Source: Camelus dromedarius
Lineage: Eukaryota
Reading direction: 5' to 3'
Length of the DNA stretch: 64,000 bases
Assembly: GCF_036321535.1 (NCBI RefSeq)
Contig: NC_087437.1
Location: 70,310,001 to 70,374,000 of the forward strand
Below the pieces are notes generated by a model. That model searched no databases. It had not been told where the DNA came from and saw only the letters and a list, made by a program, of their open reading frames with translations. A program made the translations under genes and the position numbers. Below are positions 1 to 12,399 of this stretch, piece after piece (the stretch's first letter is position 1; each line of letters starts with the position of its first letter).

Positions 1-214
1 ATTTGAGATCCATTGCTCTTCTAGGGTATATTGCTAAAATATATTTACTGTTGCTCCTGAATGCATGCTTATCATTCACATTATTCCTTCACTACAGACA
101 ATCTCATTTTACATAGACAGGCAAGTTGGTATTGCTATGTAAGAAAAGTTTAGGCTTGAAAAATAGCAATTACCACTCTGACCATAATAAGCCAAAATGA
201 AGGAAAAGAGAAGT

Positions 215-385
215 TACTGAGCATCTTTCACATAACTTGCTTAATTTAATCTTACAACTCTGTTGTATAGTCTGGTTTTCTGCCTAGGTTACAGGCAGAA
301 ATCCTGAAGCTGATAAATTAAATTGCCAAGTTCACAGAGCTGTTAAGTGTCAATGCCAGTATTCAATGCCTAAACTCTTTCTATT
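215..385 (-). mobile_element. MIR SINE fragment
   Basis: Degenerate MIR core, reverse orientation (tttaatcttacaactct...ttgccaagttcacagagctgttaagtg). Boundaries approximate. Confidence 0.6.
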
Positions 386-689
386 ACATCATATTATTTT
401 TTCCCTAATCCAATAAATCTATACCAGGTTCCCATTATGTTAAATGATAATGTTTAGCTTTGAGGGCCACAAAATGCTTTAGTGATATGGTATAATAATT
501 ATAGCTTACATCATTTAAAATAAATTGAATTTTTTTCCTATTCTTCCATTGAGAAATAATTTTTAGCTGGAGGTAGAATTCAAGATTTCTGAAAGGTAAG
601 AAGATATCTAACTATGAATGATAATCATAATTATTGAGCTGTGAAAAACATTGTCTATGAGATCTTTTTTAGCCCCTGTGTCTTTGTTA

Positions 690-846
690 AGAGGTATTTT
701 CTAACCCACTTTGCAGGTAAGGAAAGCCAAATTTGGGAAGGGTAAGTGACTTACCCAAGATTGCAGATCTGGTAAGTGGCAGAACTGGGATTGAACTTTG
801 GTTCAATTGAACTTCCACAGCACATTTAGTGCTCTTAACCACCAGT
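690..846 (-). mobile_element. MIR SINE fragment
   Basis: cccactttgcaggtaaggaaa...aagtgacttacccaagattgcagatctggtaagtggcagaactgggattgaac...gctcttaaccac matches the MIR consensus in reverse. Confidence 0.8.
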
Positions 847-2324
847 ACATGCAATTTCTGACTCTGCTTTACAGTTAACCTGCAGAATCAGGCTGTTCCT
901 CTGTTTGGTAAGCAGAAGCCAATAAATGCTAATTAAACTTTGCGGGACTTAAGTTCATTTCCTTTGTAGGGAACAAACCATTTTGCCACACTTAATCAGA
1001 TTAGTAATATATTTTTTTAAGTCTTGTAAAGTTTGGTGTTAACTATGCATAATGCCTTAGAGAAGTCAGCTGAAGTGAATCACCTTTTGTTTATATTTTT
1101 ATTTGAGAGTTGAAACCCTTTGATGGAACAGATCATTTGAATGAAAATTTCATTCTTACCTATTATGACATGCCATGAAGACAACAATTTCATGGCCTCC
1201 ATAGCCATTGTTACTGGTCTTAAAATAATTGATTTTCATTTAAAATCCAATAAAAGTATTAATAGTATCAAGGTATCAGTGCTTCTTAAAATCCAAAATC
1301 CAAAAAGTTAATTTCTGAGCATTTGTGATTTTCTTATAAAAAAAAAGCCTCATGGTATAAAATGACAACCTGTGTATACAGTATAGTGTACAAACTAATA
1401 CAACTTCTCATTTACCAGGTACATGAATTGCTACAAATGTTATGTTTATGAATTTTAATAATTTAATAATATTTTAAATGCAATAGGGTACTAACAGTTC
1501 TGAAGTTCTAAAATGTATCTTCTAGGTGTGAAAATAATCATAATTTTATAAATTTGGTATGCATGTATTTTGGACATATTATTTATGTCTCTGTAATTAT
1601 GTGTTAAAACGTAGATTTTTTTTTTTTCAAAGACCCACAAAGTCACTAACCAGGGGATATAGTGTTGTATTTAGCAGACTTTCAAGTTTTTTGGAAAATT
1701 GGGTTTAATTTCAACTTTCTTTTCTAGGGGTGGTCTTTCCTAAATAGTGTTCTTTTAAATTCTATCAAGCAAATGAATGCTACCATGAAGAGAGAAGAGT
1801 GAAAATATGAAATGAAGACTTTTACCCTTACTCTTTTTTAGATACAGAAATTAAAACTTTTTTTTTTTTTTTTTAGAAAGTCCCATTTAGCAGCAGAGCA
1901 TAAACTGGAAAATTTGGTCAGTGATTTACTTAAGCTCCACAGGGAAAACCCTGTAGGGTGTTTTTGAACATCCTAAATTTATTTTGATTTGAGACCAGCT
2001 TAAAGGGCATGTCTATCTTAAAACAGTTCTCCATTTTCCTGAGAAAAATTCCAGTGGAGCTAGTTGTGGGAGGTAGTATCCCAACAATGAACCTTTGGGG
2101 CCAAAGGAGTACTTTAACATAGCTTACTCCAACCCTTTCCTTAAACTGAACACTGTCTTGCCCAGTGGGCTTGTTTAACTTTGACTGCTAATTTTATTTC
2201 TCTGCAGAGGCAAAGGAGACAGGGAAGAGGAGGGAAAATAACTGATGGCATGTGGGTTAGGTTTTGGCTCAGGGAATACATTTTAGAAGAACCTAGCCAG
2301 TGTAGGGATAAAGAAAGCAGTTGG

Positions 2325-2440
2325 TGTCTGATATTTACCCCTTTTTTACAGAGTGAAAAATAGAACCCAATAGATGTTGAGTAACTTGCCTAAAGTTACA
2401 CAGTAGTTTCTAGTGTGGAGGTTAATTTTGGAAACTAGGT
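2325..2440 (-). mobile_element. MIR SINE fragment
   Basis: ttttacagagtgaaaaatagaacccaatagatgttgagtaacttgcctaaagttacacag is MIR core. Confidence 0.65.
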
Positions 2441-2865
2441 TAACTTGTTGCTTCAATAAGGAAATTGGACAATCCAGTTTCTCTGATGATCAAGATATCT
2501 TTCTAGTATACTTGCTTCCTTTTCCTTCCCTTTTTTTGTTTCTTTGTGGTTTTGTTTTTGTTTTTGTTTTGCTACTTTTTTAAGATCTAAAAAAATGTCT
2601 GCCTATAATTTCAGGTTTAGAAGCTAGTTGAATAAATATATATTGATTATTAAGGCCATTTAAAACTAGCTGAGCTGTAAGAACAGTGTGCATTATGTTA
2701 AGTCTTCTGCCTCTATTTTACTGGAGTTTTGTAAGTAATAAACATGGAACCAGGAAAAAAAATATGGCTTTGAATAAATTGGGTCTGAGCTCACGGCATA
2801 CCTCTAAACATGAAAAAATGTGATGGGCACTTAATAAAAGATAAGCCATTTTATTTGTTTGTTTG

Positions 2866-3045
2866 TTTTTAGATTTACTAAAAAAATTGAGCAGATAGTA
2901 CAGAGTCCTCATAGTACTCTCCGCACAATGATTTCCCCTATTAATAACATCTTACATTGGCATGGTCCACTTGTTAACATTAATGAATGATATTGATGCA
3001 TTATTATTAACTAAAGTTCATAATTTATTCAAATTTTCTTAGTAT
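2866..3045 (-). mobile_element. Old L1 (L1MC-like) 3' UTR fragment
   Basis: tttagatttac...ttcccctattaataacatcttacatt...cattattattaactaaagttcata resembles L1MC 3' ends. Subfamily assigned by recall. Confidence 0.65.
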
Positions 3046-3084
3046 TTAAAAATTCAATTTATTTAAACAAAAAACAAAAACAAA

Positions 3085-6070
3085 CAGTTCACCCATTGCT
3101 CGCTCCCTTCACCCGCCACCTCTAGCAACCACCAGTCTGTTCTTTGTATTTATGAGCTTAGATTTTTGAAATATGTATATATTCTTAAATTCCACATATA
3201 AGAGAGTACATATGGTATTTGTCTTTCTCTGGCTGACTTATTCCATTAGGATAATGCCTTCAAGGTCCATCCAAATAGCAAGATTTCATTCTTTTTTATG
3301 CCTGAATTACGTGTGTGTGTGTGTGTGTGTTTGTGTGTGTGTGTATACACACATATATATATAAAATTGTGTGTATATTTACTATGGGTTTGTTGTTTGT
3401 TTTATACACACACACACACACACACAATATATCACATCTTCGTTATCCATACATCCAATGGTAGACACTATGGTTGTTTCCATATCTTGGCTATTGCAAA
3501 TAATGCTGCAGTGATCATGAGGATACATGTATCTTTTCAAATAAGTGTTTTTGTTTTCTTTGAAAAAATATCCATAAGTAGAATTTTTGAATCATATGGT
3601 AATTCTAGTTCTAGTTTCAATTTTTTGACAAACCTCTCCACTGATTTTTATAGTGGCTGTATCAATTTACATTCCCACCATGCAGAAGGTTTCCCTTTTC
3701 TCCACATCCTGGCCAACATTTGTTGTTTCTTGTCTTTTTGATAATAGTCTTTCTAACAGGTGTAAGGTGGTATCTCATTGTGGTTTTAATTTGCATTTGC
3801 CTGGTGATAAATGATGAAGAGCATTTTTTTTTAATGTATGTAGTGATCAGATGTCTGTCTTCTTTGGAAAAATATCTATTTGGATCTTCTGTCCATTTTT
3901 AAATGATTTTTTTTTTTGCTGTTGAGTTATGTGTTCTTTATAGATTTTAGATATTAGCCTTTTAGCTGATATATGGTTTGCAAATATTTTCTCCCATTTA
4001 GTAAGTTGCCTTTTCATTTTGTTGATGATTTTCTTTGCTGTGCAGACTTTTAGTTTTGTATAATCCCACTTGTTTATTTTTACTTTCAGTGCAGATTTAA
4101 AAAAATTATTGTCAAGACCTATGTTGAGGAACTTACCACGTATATTTTCTTCTAAGAGTTTAGTTTCAGGTTTTACATTCAAGTCGTCATCCCATTTTGA
4201 GTTAATTTTTGTGTGTGGTATAAGGTAGCAGTCCAGTTTCATTTTTTAAAATGTGGTTGTTCAGTTTTCCCAATACCATTGTTGAAGAGACTGTCTTTCT
4301 CCATTGTATTTTCTTGGCTCCTTTATTCTAAATTAATTGACCTGTACGAATGGATTTATTTTCTAGGTTCTCTATTCTGTTGCATTGATCTGTGTGTCTT
4401 TTTAAAATGCCAGTGTACTGTTTTAGTTGCTATAACTTTGTAATACAGTTTGAAATCAGGGAGCATGATGCTTCCAGCTTTGTTCTTCTTTCTCAAGATT
4501 GTGTTGGCTAGTCGAGGTCTTTTATGGTCCAGAAATGTAGGGTTCTTTTTCCTGTTTCTGTGAAATATACCAATGGAATTTTGTTAGGGATTGCACTGAA
4601 TCTATGTATTGCTTTGGGTAGTATGGGCATTTAAACAGTATTAATTCTTCCAACCCATGAACATGAAATATCATTTTATTTATTTGTGCCTTCTTCAGTT
4701 TCTTTTATTAATGCCCTGTATTTTTCTATTTATAGGTCTTTCACCTCCTTAGTCAAATGTATTCTGAGGTATTTTATTCTTTTTGGTGTAATTGTAAATG
4801 GAAGTGTTTTCTTAATTTCTTTCTGACAATTCATCGTTAGAATATGTAGTCACACAACAGATTTTGTGTATTGATTTTGTAACCTGCAACTTTACTTAAT
4901 TTGTTTATTAGTTCTAAGTTTTTTGAAGGAGTATTTAGGATTTTCTACGTATGTCATTTGCAAATAGTAACCATTTTCCTTCTTCCTTTCCAATTTGTAT
5001 ACCCTTTCTTTTCTTTTCTTTCTTTTTTTTTTTTGCCTAATTGCTCTGAATAGGACTTCTAGTACTATATTGAATAAAAGTTATTAGAGTAGACATCCTT
5101 GTTTTTGTTCCTGATCTTAAAGGAAAAGTTTTCAGCTTTTCACCATTGAATATGATGCTAGCTGTGGGCCTGTCATATATGATCTTCATTATGTTGAGGT
5201 ACATTCCTTTCATACCTCCTTTGTTGAGAGTTTTTATCATAAAAGGGTGTTTGATTTTGTCAAATGCTTTTTCTATATCTATTGAGATGATCATATGATT
5301 TTTTATTTTTCATTTTGTTAATAGCAGCACACTGACTGATTTGTGGATGTTGAACCATCCTTGTATCTCTGACATAAATCCCACTTGGTCATTGTGTATG
5401 ATCCTTTTCACGTATTGTTGAATTCACTTTGCTAATGAGGATTTTGGGATCTATGTTCTTAGGGATCTTGGCCTATAATTTTCTTTTCTTGTGGCATCCT
5501 TTTCTGGTTTTTGTATCAGGGTAATGCTGGCCTCATGAAATGAATTTGGAAGAGTTTCTTCCTCTTCTATTTTTTGGAAGACTTTGAGATAAATTGGTAT
5601 TCTTTGAATTTGGAAGAATTTACCAGTATAACCATTTGGTTCTGGACTTTTGTTTGTTGGGAGGTTTTTGATTACTAATTCAATCTCCTTAGCTGTAATC
5701 AGTCTGTTCATATTTTCTATTTCATTATAATTCAGTCTTGGTAGGTTGTATGCTTCTAGGAATGTATCTATTGTTCTGGGTTGTTCAATTTGTTAGCATA
5801 TAATTGTTCATAGTAGTCTCTCCTAATCTTTTGTATTTTTTGTGGTGCAATTATAATAGCTACTCTTTAATTTCTGATTTTATTTACTCGAGTCCTCTTC
5901 CCTCTTTTCTTGGTCTGTCTAAAGGCCTGTCAATTTTGTTTATCTTTTCAAAGAAACAGCTCTTAATTTCATTGATCTCTTCCATTGTCTTTTTAGTCTC
6001 TAGTTCATTTATTTTTGTTCTAATCTTTGTTGTTTTCTTCCTTCTACTAACTTTGGGCTTTGTTCTTCAT
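3085..6070 (-). mobile_element. Decayed, 5'-truncated LINE-1 (3'UTR plus ORF2 3' three-quarters)
   Basis: Minus-strand ORFs 3847-4242, 5037-5294 ([21 protein letters not shown]) and 5451-5711 (KSPEPNGYTG...ENYRP) are colinear L1 ORF2 fragments. Compare the ORF2 at 45027-47690. Confidence 0.95.
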
Positions 6071-6073
6071 TGC

Positions 6074-6167
6074 TTAGCCTCATGGTAACCACAAAACAAA
6101 AGCTGATAGTAAATACACATACACAAAAAGAGAAAGGAATGTAAGATTCCTACTAAAGAAAGACCAT
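6074..6167 (+). mobile_element. Inverted L1 inter-ORF spacer fragment abutting the previous L1
   Basis: catggtaaccacaaaacaaaag is similar to the reverse complement of the spacer motif at 48102-48121 and 23576-23591. Confidence 0.7.
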
Positions 6168-9100
6168 TTTTTAGAAGTCCTAATTACGATTAATCATAGG
6201 ATTTTGAAATGAACATATACCAAGTTTTGATGCTGCCTCTCCTAAATTGATGTCAGTATATGGATTTAGGGTGGAAAAGAGCACCATGATAGAAATATAA
6301 ATCAAAACTTCAGTCTTCCATAAAGGATTTATAACTGCCCCAATATCCCCTTTATTTAGACTCCGTGGGAAAATTGCTGCTTGGCCCTAGTATCACTCTG
6401 TTGAAGTTGTCAGTATGTATTCAATCAGTTTCTCACTGATGTAATAAATATTTGCTTTAAAAAACAAGCAAAACATTTTTGATATGGAGATTGAGTGTTA
6501 CCATTTACCTCTTAATGTTATTAGTATGATTCTAGGTGTCAAGCAAACTCAACTAGAATATGAGTTTTATTTGGTTACCAGCAACTAACTAAAGAAATAT
6601 GCCTCAGAACTTAGAAACAATGCCATTATATCAGACGTGGCACTAACAGGCCTTACTGCACTAACAGATCCTCTAAATTTTTATTGAGAAATATTTAAGA
6701 GTTATTCTGAGCTCCAAAGCCCCAATGAAAGTCAGGTATATGTCCTTACATTGACATATCTGCAGACTTAGTTTCTTTTCTAAGAATTGTAGTTTGAATT
6801 AATTGAGGTCAGAAGCAGCTACAAATCTGATTCACCAAATGGGTCCCATCTACTTGCAAATAGCAGCTCATTTCCTTTTAGGGTCTGATGAGATTGTTGT
6901 TTTTTATGTCTTAGCAATAGAGTCATTGGCAGCAGCACACATGGGCTAATTGTTAGAATATAAGGCTTTGCTAGAAATGGAACATAGGCTTCTGGTAATA
7001 CTCTTAAATTCACACCAATTGGCAGGAAATTAAATATGGTTCTTGAAGAAATATATGACAGAAGGCTTAAACCAGAAGTGGTTCAAAAAATAAAACTCTT
7101 CACAAGCATTTAGTTATTTTCTACCCCAAAAAAGTAGTTTTCCTTTTATCTATATCTTTACTAAGTCTTTTAGATGAAAGGGGAAAGTGACAGTCACAGA
7201 ATGGCAGTGACCTAAAAATGTAAAATTATAGTCAGTGGAGTTGGGTGATCTTGAGGACAAATATAAGCCAGGATATTTATCAGTGAGCTAAAAGGGGAAA
7301 TGCTGTTTTCAGCATATTGTAAATAAAATGCTTAATTAAAATTCCCTAAAAAAGTAACACTTGTTCCTAAGAAATTACTTTGCTTCTGAAGAAACTAAGA
7401 CTGAAAGAAAAAAGAAAAAAAAGAAAAAAGAAAGAAGGAAGAAACTGGTAGTTATAAATTTTTTCTTACATTATGTATTTTTAAAAAGTGTTTTTGTATT
7501 AATTCCTAAATCTGAGTGGGAGGGATTAGATTAACTGGCATTTAAGTATTCAGTTCTAGGTTTTTAGGCATCTTTCTGAACCAGGATGGGAAGACCATAG
7601 AAAAAAGTCCCAGTGTGGAAATTATATTTCATGTGGTGAAACAAAAACTCCAGAAGTTTCCTGTTACATTAAGGTGAAAGTGGTTACCAAAGAAACAAAA
7701 GTTTCTCATCACTCTGCCTAAGGCAAATGTGGCGTATTAAGCTTAAAGTGAATTCTTCTCTCCTGAATATACACAACTCTTATTAATGTCTTGGAAATTA
7801 TGCACATATAGGAAAAGAGGAATAAGATTTTTCTGGATACATTTGAATAGGCATCCATTAGGGTATAGGGTCTATCTAATATCTATGGATACTTTACTGC
7901 TGAACTGGCCAAAAGTCAGTTTTTGCTATTTACTTTTTACTTGGGTTTGACTTGAGAATGAATGACTTATTTTCATCTTAAAAGAGGCCTTTCTTTTGTG
8001 AGTTAGGTTCCCTGGTGGCCTGAAAGAGTTAATGCAGTTTCCAAGAGTGTCCAACTTACTTCCAGGGAGTAGTGCTTGCATGTGAGAGTCTGGCTCCAGA
8101 ATATTTGTTCACATCCCAAAACCAATTTGGCACAACTTAAAATGTCTGCTAGGGAGAGGATTCAGAGTGTAGTTAGGCCACGCAATTAGTGCTTTATTTC
8201 ATGAGTACCAAATCCACCCAATAGTGTTTTGTTTTAAAGAAGAGCTTGAAATTCACAATAACGGGTTTCATTTATCAGAGCCATATGGGACTCACCATCT
8301 TTGGATATATTTGTAAGGCTTTCACAAAGAAGACTCCTTAGGCATCTCAGATTTCACGGATTGGAGGGCAATCTGGATGAATATCTTTTTTGGAAATGAT
8401 GAACTATCTTTTCATATGTAGTCTCCAATTTCAGTAATCCTTGAGAAGCTCAAAAATAAGGAAAGAGTTAAGTAAACTTCAGCTTATTAGCTTTTATTGG
8501 AAAACAAAGATCATTATTCTTAGATCTGGTTCATATGCCAAGTGTACTTTTGATGTTGAAATTTGGCCACCTAATCCTTGCAGTTTGTGATGTAGCATTT
8601 TTAAGAGGGAAAGTGGGTTCTAAGTCTCAACCTATTTTTGCACTTTTTGCTAGTTCTGTCATGGTCATATGTCAATGGATCATCGGGAAGCTATCTGCAA
8701 CATAGCTGACTGATAATAGAACATTGTGGTTCTTTTGATGTTTACCCAAGATTATTTCTTTGCTGCTTCCTCCTTTCCCATACTTCTCTGATCATTAGGG
8801 GTCTATCTTAAAGTAATGTATTCTTGAAAATGTCAAAATAAATTGATTTTTTGGATAAATCTCGTATTTTCCCACTGACTTATAAACTTAGAAGTTTAAA
8901 CATAAAATCAGATTGATCTTCATTTGTCAGTGGTTGCTAATACTTTAGTTTTTGGTTCCCAGATTCTGCTAAGTATTAATGACCTAATAAACAAACATTT
9001 AAGTGTTTACTAATTAAAAACTAGTATATTTTTAAAGCATTGAGTGCTGTTGTGTTATGACAGGCAACCACTATTTTTTTAGGTTTCCAAATTTTTGTTT

Positions 9101-11066
9101 TCTCACTTCCATAGGCTTTCTTGTAAAAGGCACATTTAATTTTGTTTGATAAATCTGGTAAATCAGAATACTTGCAAGTCATACATAGAACATTAACAAT
9201 TGCTACTGAGCTATACAAATTCTATATAAACTTCATAAGGATGGTAATTTCAGTTTTATTTTAAATTGTTATGGTAAGTTGGCAATTACTTGAAATAACT
9301 CTTGCTCATCTTTAAATACCATTTTTATTGTATTTGGCCTTATTTTATTATGCTCTAGTTTATTTTTTTAAAAAAAACTTAATACTTTATTTGTTAATTA
9401 TATTTATATTAGCATGTTTTACGTTTCTCAGAGAATGTCCACTAAATTTTGTTCAGTTATGAGCATGTTGTATAACATTGAATTAAAATAAAATTCAGTA
9501 TATTTTTTGCTTCCATTTAAATTTTATGTTGATACTAATGTCATATATTTTAAATATTATTTCATAAAGATTCAGAAATATACTCCCTACCATTTCTTCT
9601 CTGATATGTATTATATGCTACAGAGAGAGCACTTAGACCTTTGTTATATAGCACACCTGTAGAGTGCACACTTGTATTGCTACATGTCATTGACCCCCAT
9701 GCTATATAGGCTGATAAGGCTGCTGGACAGAATGTTGAACATTGGAACTGTGGAATGAGCTATACTTGCTTAAATCATCTTATGCATTAATTGTACTGGA
9801 TGGTTGACTGTCTTGTATTCTTTCTGTATTTCATTCTTTGTCAAATGTTCTAAAATTATTTAATGAATATAATCTTAGAATTACATTATTTCCTTTTCCT
9901 ACAGACATAGGTATTGTGACTCAAAGATGCTGTTTTTCTCCCTGAAAAAATCATTATGGAATGAAACATGAATAATTTTGGCCATTGCGTAGTATTTTCC
10001 ATAGGAATTTTGAAGTGTTTTCTTTGGGAAAATGATACAGTGTTGAGGTAGTGATCCATGGCAACAAAGAAATTAAAGATGGCAGAAAGACTCAGGATAG
10101 AATGTATTCATCAAGATACAATGGTATTTCATAGTCTTTGGATTTGGCATAAACTGTAGGCTGTGAAGAAAAGATAGATACATAGATCAAACAAAAAATG
10201 TGGGTGTAACAATCAGTGGTTAATTCTTTATAAATATTTCTATGAAGGATGGATGATAGGGGAAAGGACATGATTTAATGGAGTGTGTGTGTGAATGGTA
10301 GAACACTTGGATACTGAGAGAAGGAGAGTGTGAAAAGAGAGAGAAGGATTATATGTAGTTTTGTGACCATAACTGCCTAGTTTTCTACACTTACCTAGAG
10401 TTTCTGTTGTAAGGGATGAGTGCCTCCTATATATAATATTCTTGGTATAAATAAAATCCATAAATCATTTGGGTTGAGTAAAAATTTTATTGCTTCTGAG
10501 GATAGATCTTTGGATTTTGAGGTGTGGTGTGCTAATATTTTTACCTTATACTCAGTGTAAATATTATATTATTTGTGTTTAAATTATGATATGAATATGA
10601 TTATGTGAAGCAGATGTGTGTGTATATGTGTTCGTGTGTGCATGTGTACACATGTAAAAAAGGACACTTTCATTTCTGTCTCTTTGTTTATCTGTCTCTT
10701 CTATTTCTCCTGTGTCTGCTGCTTTTTGCTTGCCAGTTTTTCTTTGTCTATCATTTTTATCATTGAACCCATCTGTGTAGAAAATAGAATGCTTGGTTTT
10801 AAATTTTTTAATGATTTTTTATTTTTTGTTATTGTGTTTTCTCAACTTGTTTTCACCTCAAGAATTAAGGCTCAAGTATAAGGCATTTTAGTTCTCACAT
10901 TCAAGAGGTGTTTCTGCTTTTTTTCTCGTCCGTTTGTTCATATGTTTACTGGTCTCTGATAGGCTGTGCAGTGAGACGGCAGTTTACTATCTGTGTGTGT
11001 GTGAAATTAGCTAATTGGTGTTAGCAGAAATATTTTCACATGTTTTATAAGCAAAGTACAGCAAGG

Positions 11067-11101
11067 TATATAAATGTAGATATGATCCAGACACGCGCAC
11101 A
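11067..11101 (+). promoter_or_regulatory. Candidate TATA box plus initiator
   Basis: TATATAAAT at 11067-11075 and BBCABW Inr CGCACA at 11096-11101. A11099 lies 30 nt downstream of TATAAA (11069). A strong donor AAG|GTAACT follows at 11214/11215. Confidence 0.4.
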
Positions 11102-12399
11102 CTCACGACTGTCACTGCTCATGCATAGGCGCTCAGAAGTAATTAATGTTAATAAGATTTTAATGTGCTTGTGAGATCATAATGAGGAGAAATGAATGCT
11201 CTGATTAGGAAAAGGTAACTGTGTGTGTGTTTTGGCTTAGAACAAGATTTCAATTTTTATAAACCGCAATTTTAGAACTTGTTTGTGATTGCATCAATTG
11301 GTTTTTATTTTCAAATTAGAGGTCTGTTTAGCCATTTGAATGATTAACCAAATAAATGGGTAAAACCCTGATCATAAGGAATAGTGCAGGTTTTCATTTG
11401 CAAGGCAATGTTAGTGTACAGCAAGGCTGTGATCATGTCTTTTGCCAACTACCATTTTTATGTTGTTTTTTAAAAAGCTTTCTTAGAAATCTACTTGTGG
11501 AGATAGTTCTCATCTTTATAAATGTAGATGGTATCTATATGTTCTGGAGACACCAATCAGACACTGTAATTACTGTGTCTGAGATCCATTCCTTTCAGTC
11601 ACACAGTAATGATGTGTTCAGTGTCTAAAGAATCTATATCATGCTTCTTGAAATGTTTATTGGGGAAAATGTAAAACAACCAAGATTTTTCTTCCTAAAC
11701 ATAATTCTTTACAAATTTTAGAGGCTTGACATCCTTTATGGGTGAAGTAAAATATCTCAAAGTAAGCAAAGATGCTGTCTCATCATGGACTAAAATGCTA
11801 TGCAGTCAACAGCTACACTATATGACTGGCTTGAATCCAGCTAGACACCAGGGGTCCTTCTCCACAACAAATTTTTTGAAAATATTGTTTACAGGGCTTT
11901 GGCATACATTTGCATTATTATTATTTTTAATTATAGGATAAATCTAAATATCTATTAAGGGCCCTTGCCCTGTAGCATGTAGAAATTGCTTATGTATTTT
12001 TTTAATTTAAATGGTAGATTAAGATATTCAAGGATTGTAATCCCTTTTAAAAGTAAGTATAATACTGAAATGGAATAAATATAATATGAATTGGGATATG
12101 GGGTAGTATAGTTTATTTCCAACTAAATTCTATAGATGTGGTTTAGATTCTCCTAGGTTTTGGTTATATGACTACAATCTTTCTGCTGGGGTTTAAAAAT
12201 GATGATGAAGAAAGAAAAGGTATTAGAGTTATTTCTACTGAACTATTCTGCAATTTCTGTGATTCCCAGAGGTGTGCTGGATTTTGGTTTTCACAGAGTC
12301 CATGAGAATGATAATTACCTGACCAGAGAGGCATTTGCCTTTACTATTGTTTAGTTGACTTTGTTGGGTCTTATGTCAGTATAGTAAATTTTCCTATGC

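Noticed and set aside
701..722. Recursive splice-site-like CTAAC...TTTGCAG|GTAAGG
   Set aside because: It lies in the MIR core (ttttacagatgaggaaa-derived), has a short pyrimidine tract and has no independent support.
2185..2260. Strong acceptor (CTAAT...ttctctgcag| at 2207) and ORF 2181-2363
   Set aside because: No convincing donor or poly(A) signal, an unrecognisable peptide, and the ORF runs into a MIR.
9645..9710. 9-bp inverted repeat TATATAGCA/TGCTATATA and a CArG-like site
   Set aside because: Low complexity, the interior pairs poorly, and the CArG site is mismatched.
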